From Amoebidium appalachense (lineage: Eukaryota; Protista; Ichthyosporea), in the NCBI GenBank assembly GCA_963693365.1, contig CAVNZM010000014.1, positions 3,720,001-3,784,000 of the forward strand: a DNA stretch of 64,000 nucleotides. The letters are read 5' to 3'. The notes under the pieces were generated by a model that saw only the letters and a program-made list of their open reading frames with translations, did no database searches and was not told the origin of the DNA. A program made the position numbers and the translations under genes. Below, piece after piece: positions 48,580 through 64,000 of the stretch; the first letter of the stretch is position 1, and each line of letters starts with the position of its first letter.

Positions 48580-49305
48580 GGAATATCCAGAGCCACATAA
48601 TTCTTACCGGTATATCTACATCTGTGAATATCCACAAACACCTACAGCCACATATACTGATGTATCTATCTACACCTGTGAATATCCACAAACACCTACA
48701 GCCACATATGCCGGTATATCTGCATCTGCATCTGTGAATATCCACAAACACCTACGGCCACTTATACCGGCATATGATCTATGAATATTCACAAACACCT
48801 ACAGCCACTTATACCGGTATATCTCAGTCATCCATGATTATTCACAAACACCTACAGCCACATGTACCGGTATATCTATATCTGTGAATATCCACAAGCA
48901 CCTACGGCCACTTATACCAGTATATATACATCTGTGAATATCCACAAACACCCACAACCACATATACATCGGCGCGGTTGGGGTGAATACCCGGCCCTGG
49001 GCAAAGTGTGTGCAAATAGTTAGGATTGTCCCTTAAAGGTGTGTTAGCCTAGCTAATAATACCGTAGCACCCTAGCTAGAGCACTGTCGGTGCTGGGTGG
49101 AAGACGGTAATTCCCCCTGAGAATTCACGCCCACCTATGTATACCCACTTATAGCGGTATGTCTACATCTATGAAAATTCACAACCACCTATGTATAGCC
49201 ACTTATATATACCGGTATATCTACATCTATGAATATTCACAACCACCTAGGTATAGCCACTTATATATACCGGTATATCTACATCTAATAGTATGAATAT
49301 TCACA
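48580..49305. repeat. ~45-50-bp minisatellite interrupted by a ~160-bp unrelated segment
   Basis: Unit ACCGGTATATCTACATCTGTGAATATCCACAAACACCTACAGCCACTTAT, about 11 copies. Interruption at about 48970-49130. Confidence 0.85.
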
Positions 49306-49460
49306 AAACACCGAGAGCCCCAGTGTTCACAACAAAGGCAAAAAAAACGTGTAAAGAGAAAAAGAAAGAAAGAAAAGTGAGAAGAGGGCTGATGCTGGAA
49401 AACGTCATTGTATCCCCCCCCCCCCCCCCCTCTCTCTCTCTCCCCCCCCCCCCCCCCCCC

Positions 49461-49495
<35 letters not shown>

Positions 49496-49695
49496 ACCAA
49501 TCCACCCACCCACCAAACCCATGCAATGACGTTGCTATCTTTTCTCACTAGTATTTGGAGCCTGATTTGCCGCCTTTTACTTGCAAGCTCAGCGTTAGCC
49601 AGGTACATGTGTGGGTGTGGGTGTGTGTGTGTGTCCCGGGGAGGGGAGGGGGGGGGGGGGGTTGCGGGGAGGCAGGGAGAAAAACACGGGGATAT

Positions 49696-49768
<73 letters not shown>

Positions 49769-50835
49769 TCGCACATAGGTGGTGGGGGGTCGGTATGTCC
49801 GGAGGCTTGCTTAAGCTTGGATCGTGTTCCATGACGAGCCGTTGTATGTGTGCGTATGTGTATGTGTGTATGTGTATGCGTGTGTAGGGTTGAAGAGGGA
49901 GGGGTATGTGGTAGGGTGGTGGTGAGGGGGCGGGGGGGGGGGGGGGGGGGGGGGGGGTTGCAGTTGGCTAAGTTACTTGAGTCGATAGTCGGTGTATTTG
50001 ATACCATACCCCATTATAACAGGGTATGAAGCCTAGGCCTAGAGGGACAAGTTGGAATTCCTTTTGTACGTGTCTACTCTGTGGGCATCGGCAAACATGC
50101 TGTAAGTGACTACATAGCTATAGTACGGGTAGAGTGTACGAACATCTCAGAATGACGAGTTCTGAGAATTATTTCGGTCAACAATATGTGTGTAAGAGTT
50201 ACCAAATTATTCCCCTCTACAGTAACTACAGTACATACGTAGTAAGGGTCGCCTCCACCAATCCAACCCCTAGAATATGTCCTTGATTTAATTGGGTGCT
50301 GTCTATGTAATGAATATCCGCTGCCACTGACAGCTGCTAGTAGTACATCTTCGTCAACGTTATCCCCCCCCCCCCCCCCCCCCCCCCTCCCCTCCCCCCC
50401 CTCCCCCCCACACACACACACCCCTCCCCCACATACACATACACACTACCACCACCACCAAACACACACTCCTCTTGAACCATCATTATTTATACACCCA
50501 ATGACAAGAATGACAATAGGATTAATTATTATCAATTAAGCTGAGTATAAATGCATGCAAAAGGACAAACACACAATATTTCATAGCTATTTACATACGG
50601 TACGGTTCATGCGCATACATATCTTGGACACACTGTGCCCATTGCAAAGTTTTCTATTAGCCTTGTACCATCGTTACATCTTGGATATTTCATTGATTAT
50701 ACAATAAGGTACGACATGTCATAAATACTAACCCGGCACGCAACTTAGAATCAGTGAACTCACATTGAAAAGGGACACGTCCTATTGAATTTACGACGAG
50801 TGAACTCACATTGGATACTTCCTATTGGATAAAAA

Positions 50836-63362
<12,527 letters not shown>

Positions 63363-63627
63363 GGCGCAATGAGTTGCACCCTTAAAGATGGCACCTGTTT
63401 AAATTGGAAGATCCAGGTTGGGCTTCCGAGCATATGACTTAAGCGAGTTGACAAATGAGAGAAAAACCATGAACGAACCGAGTCAAATGTTATTGATGCC
63501 AACGATGAGTATAGCTATAGATCTCAGGACTGGGTGTGCACAACAACGATTCTGTTCAGATGTTTCGTTTTGAGGGGCAGCTACAAGTGTCAGATCTAGA
63601 AAGAAGCTGGCAATCACAACGAAAGAT

Positions 63628-63791
63628 TACTTTGTGTGTGAGTGTTTGTGTGTGGCATGGGAAGATCAGGGGCGGTGCGAGACGATGCGGTGGTCATTGA
63701 AAAGCTTAGTACTTTGTGTGTGAGTGTTTGTGTGTGGCATAGGAAGATCAGGGGCGGTGCGAGACGATGCGGTGGTCATTGAAAAGCTTAG
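63628..63791. repeat. 82-bp tandem duplication
   Basis: 63628-63709 and 63710-63791 differ at one position. Located upstream of the receptor start codon. Confidence 0.92.
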
Positions 63792-64000
63792 AACTCACAG
63801 TGACATGCCAGTAGTACATGGTTCCCTAAGCAACCCAAACATGAAGCAACAAACAACTATACGGTTTACACTGTTGTCACTGAATTTTGTAGCACATAAC
63901 TCTACACCGTCAGTGTTCTCTACACTGATGCACTACAAAAACCATTCCGGGCATGCCAAAGGATAAAAGAGTGAGCCATAAGTATATTATGATTAGTTCA

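Noticed and set aside
49697-49767. Very long poly-G runs as a pure sequencing artefact
   Set aside because: Runs occur on both strands, track gene orientation, and recur at equivalent places in the duplicated TTLL12 segments. Their exact lengths remain unreliable.

Overview
Eukaryotic, intron-rich genomic DNA, probably from a non-animal opisthokont (inferred from gene content only). It is saturated with poly-G/poly-C runs and (GT)n/(CA)n/(GA)n microsatellites, and most ORFs in the supplied track are artefacts of these repeats. Manual exon stitching supports three spliced genes: the 3' part of ORC3 (+, 1-6350), an 18-exon TTLL12 (-, 28075-44668), and a class C-type 7TM receptor with a bacterial-style family-1 solute-binding ectodomain (-, 50836-63362). 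Also present are an intronless CBM21/PP1 glycogen-targeting-like gene, a Mug135-C-like ORF with one in-frame stop, two orphan ORFs, a rearranged partial duplicate of the TTLL12 3' region, several MITE-like insertions and minisatellites. The most striking unexplained signal is a degenerate ~150-nt element that recurs in introns of all three unrelated genes. Every clear copy is on the host sense strand, and it runs from a GTGAGT donor consensus to a CTAAC-like branch motif plus poly-C, making it a candidate introner or nested-intron family. Other notable features are introns polarised as 5' G/(GT)n versus 3' C/(CA)n with CACACAG acceptors, and a 57-bp inverted repeat that brackets one receptor exon. 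All identifications come from reading by eye and recalled family motifs; no searches were run.
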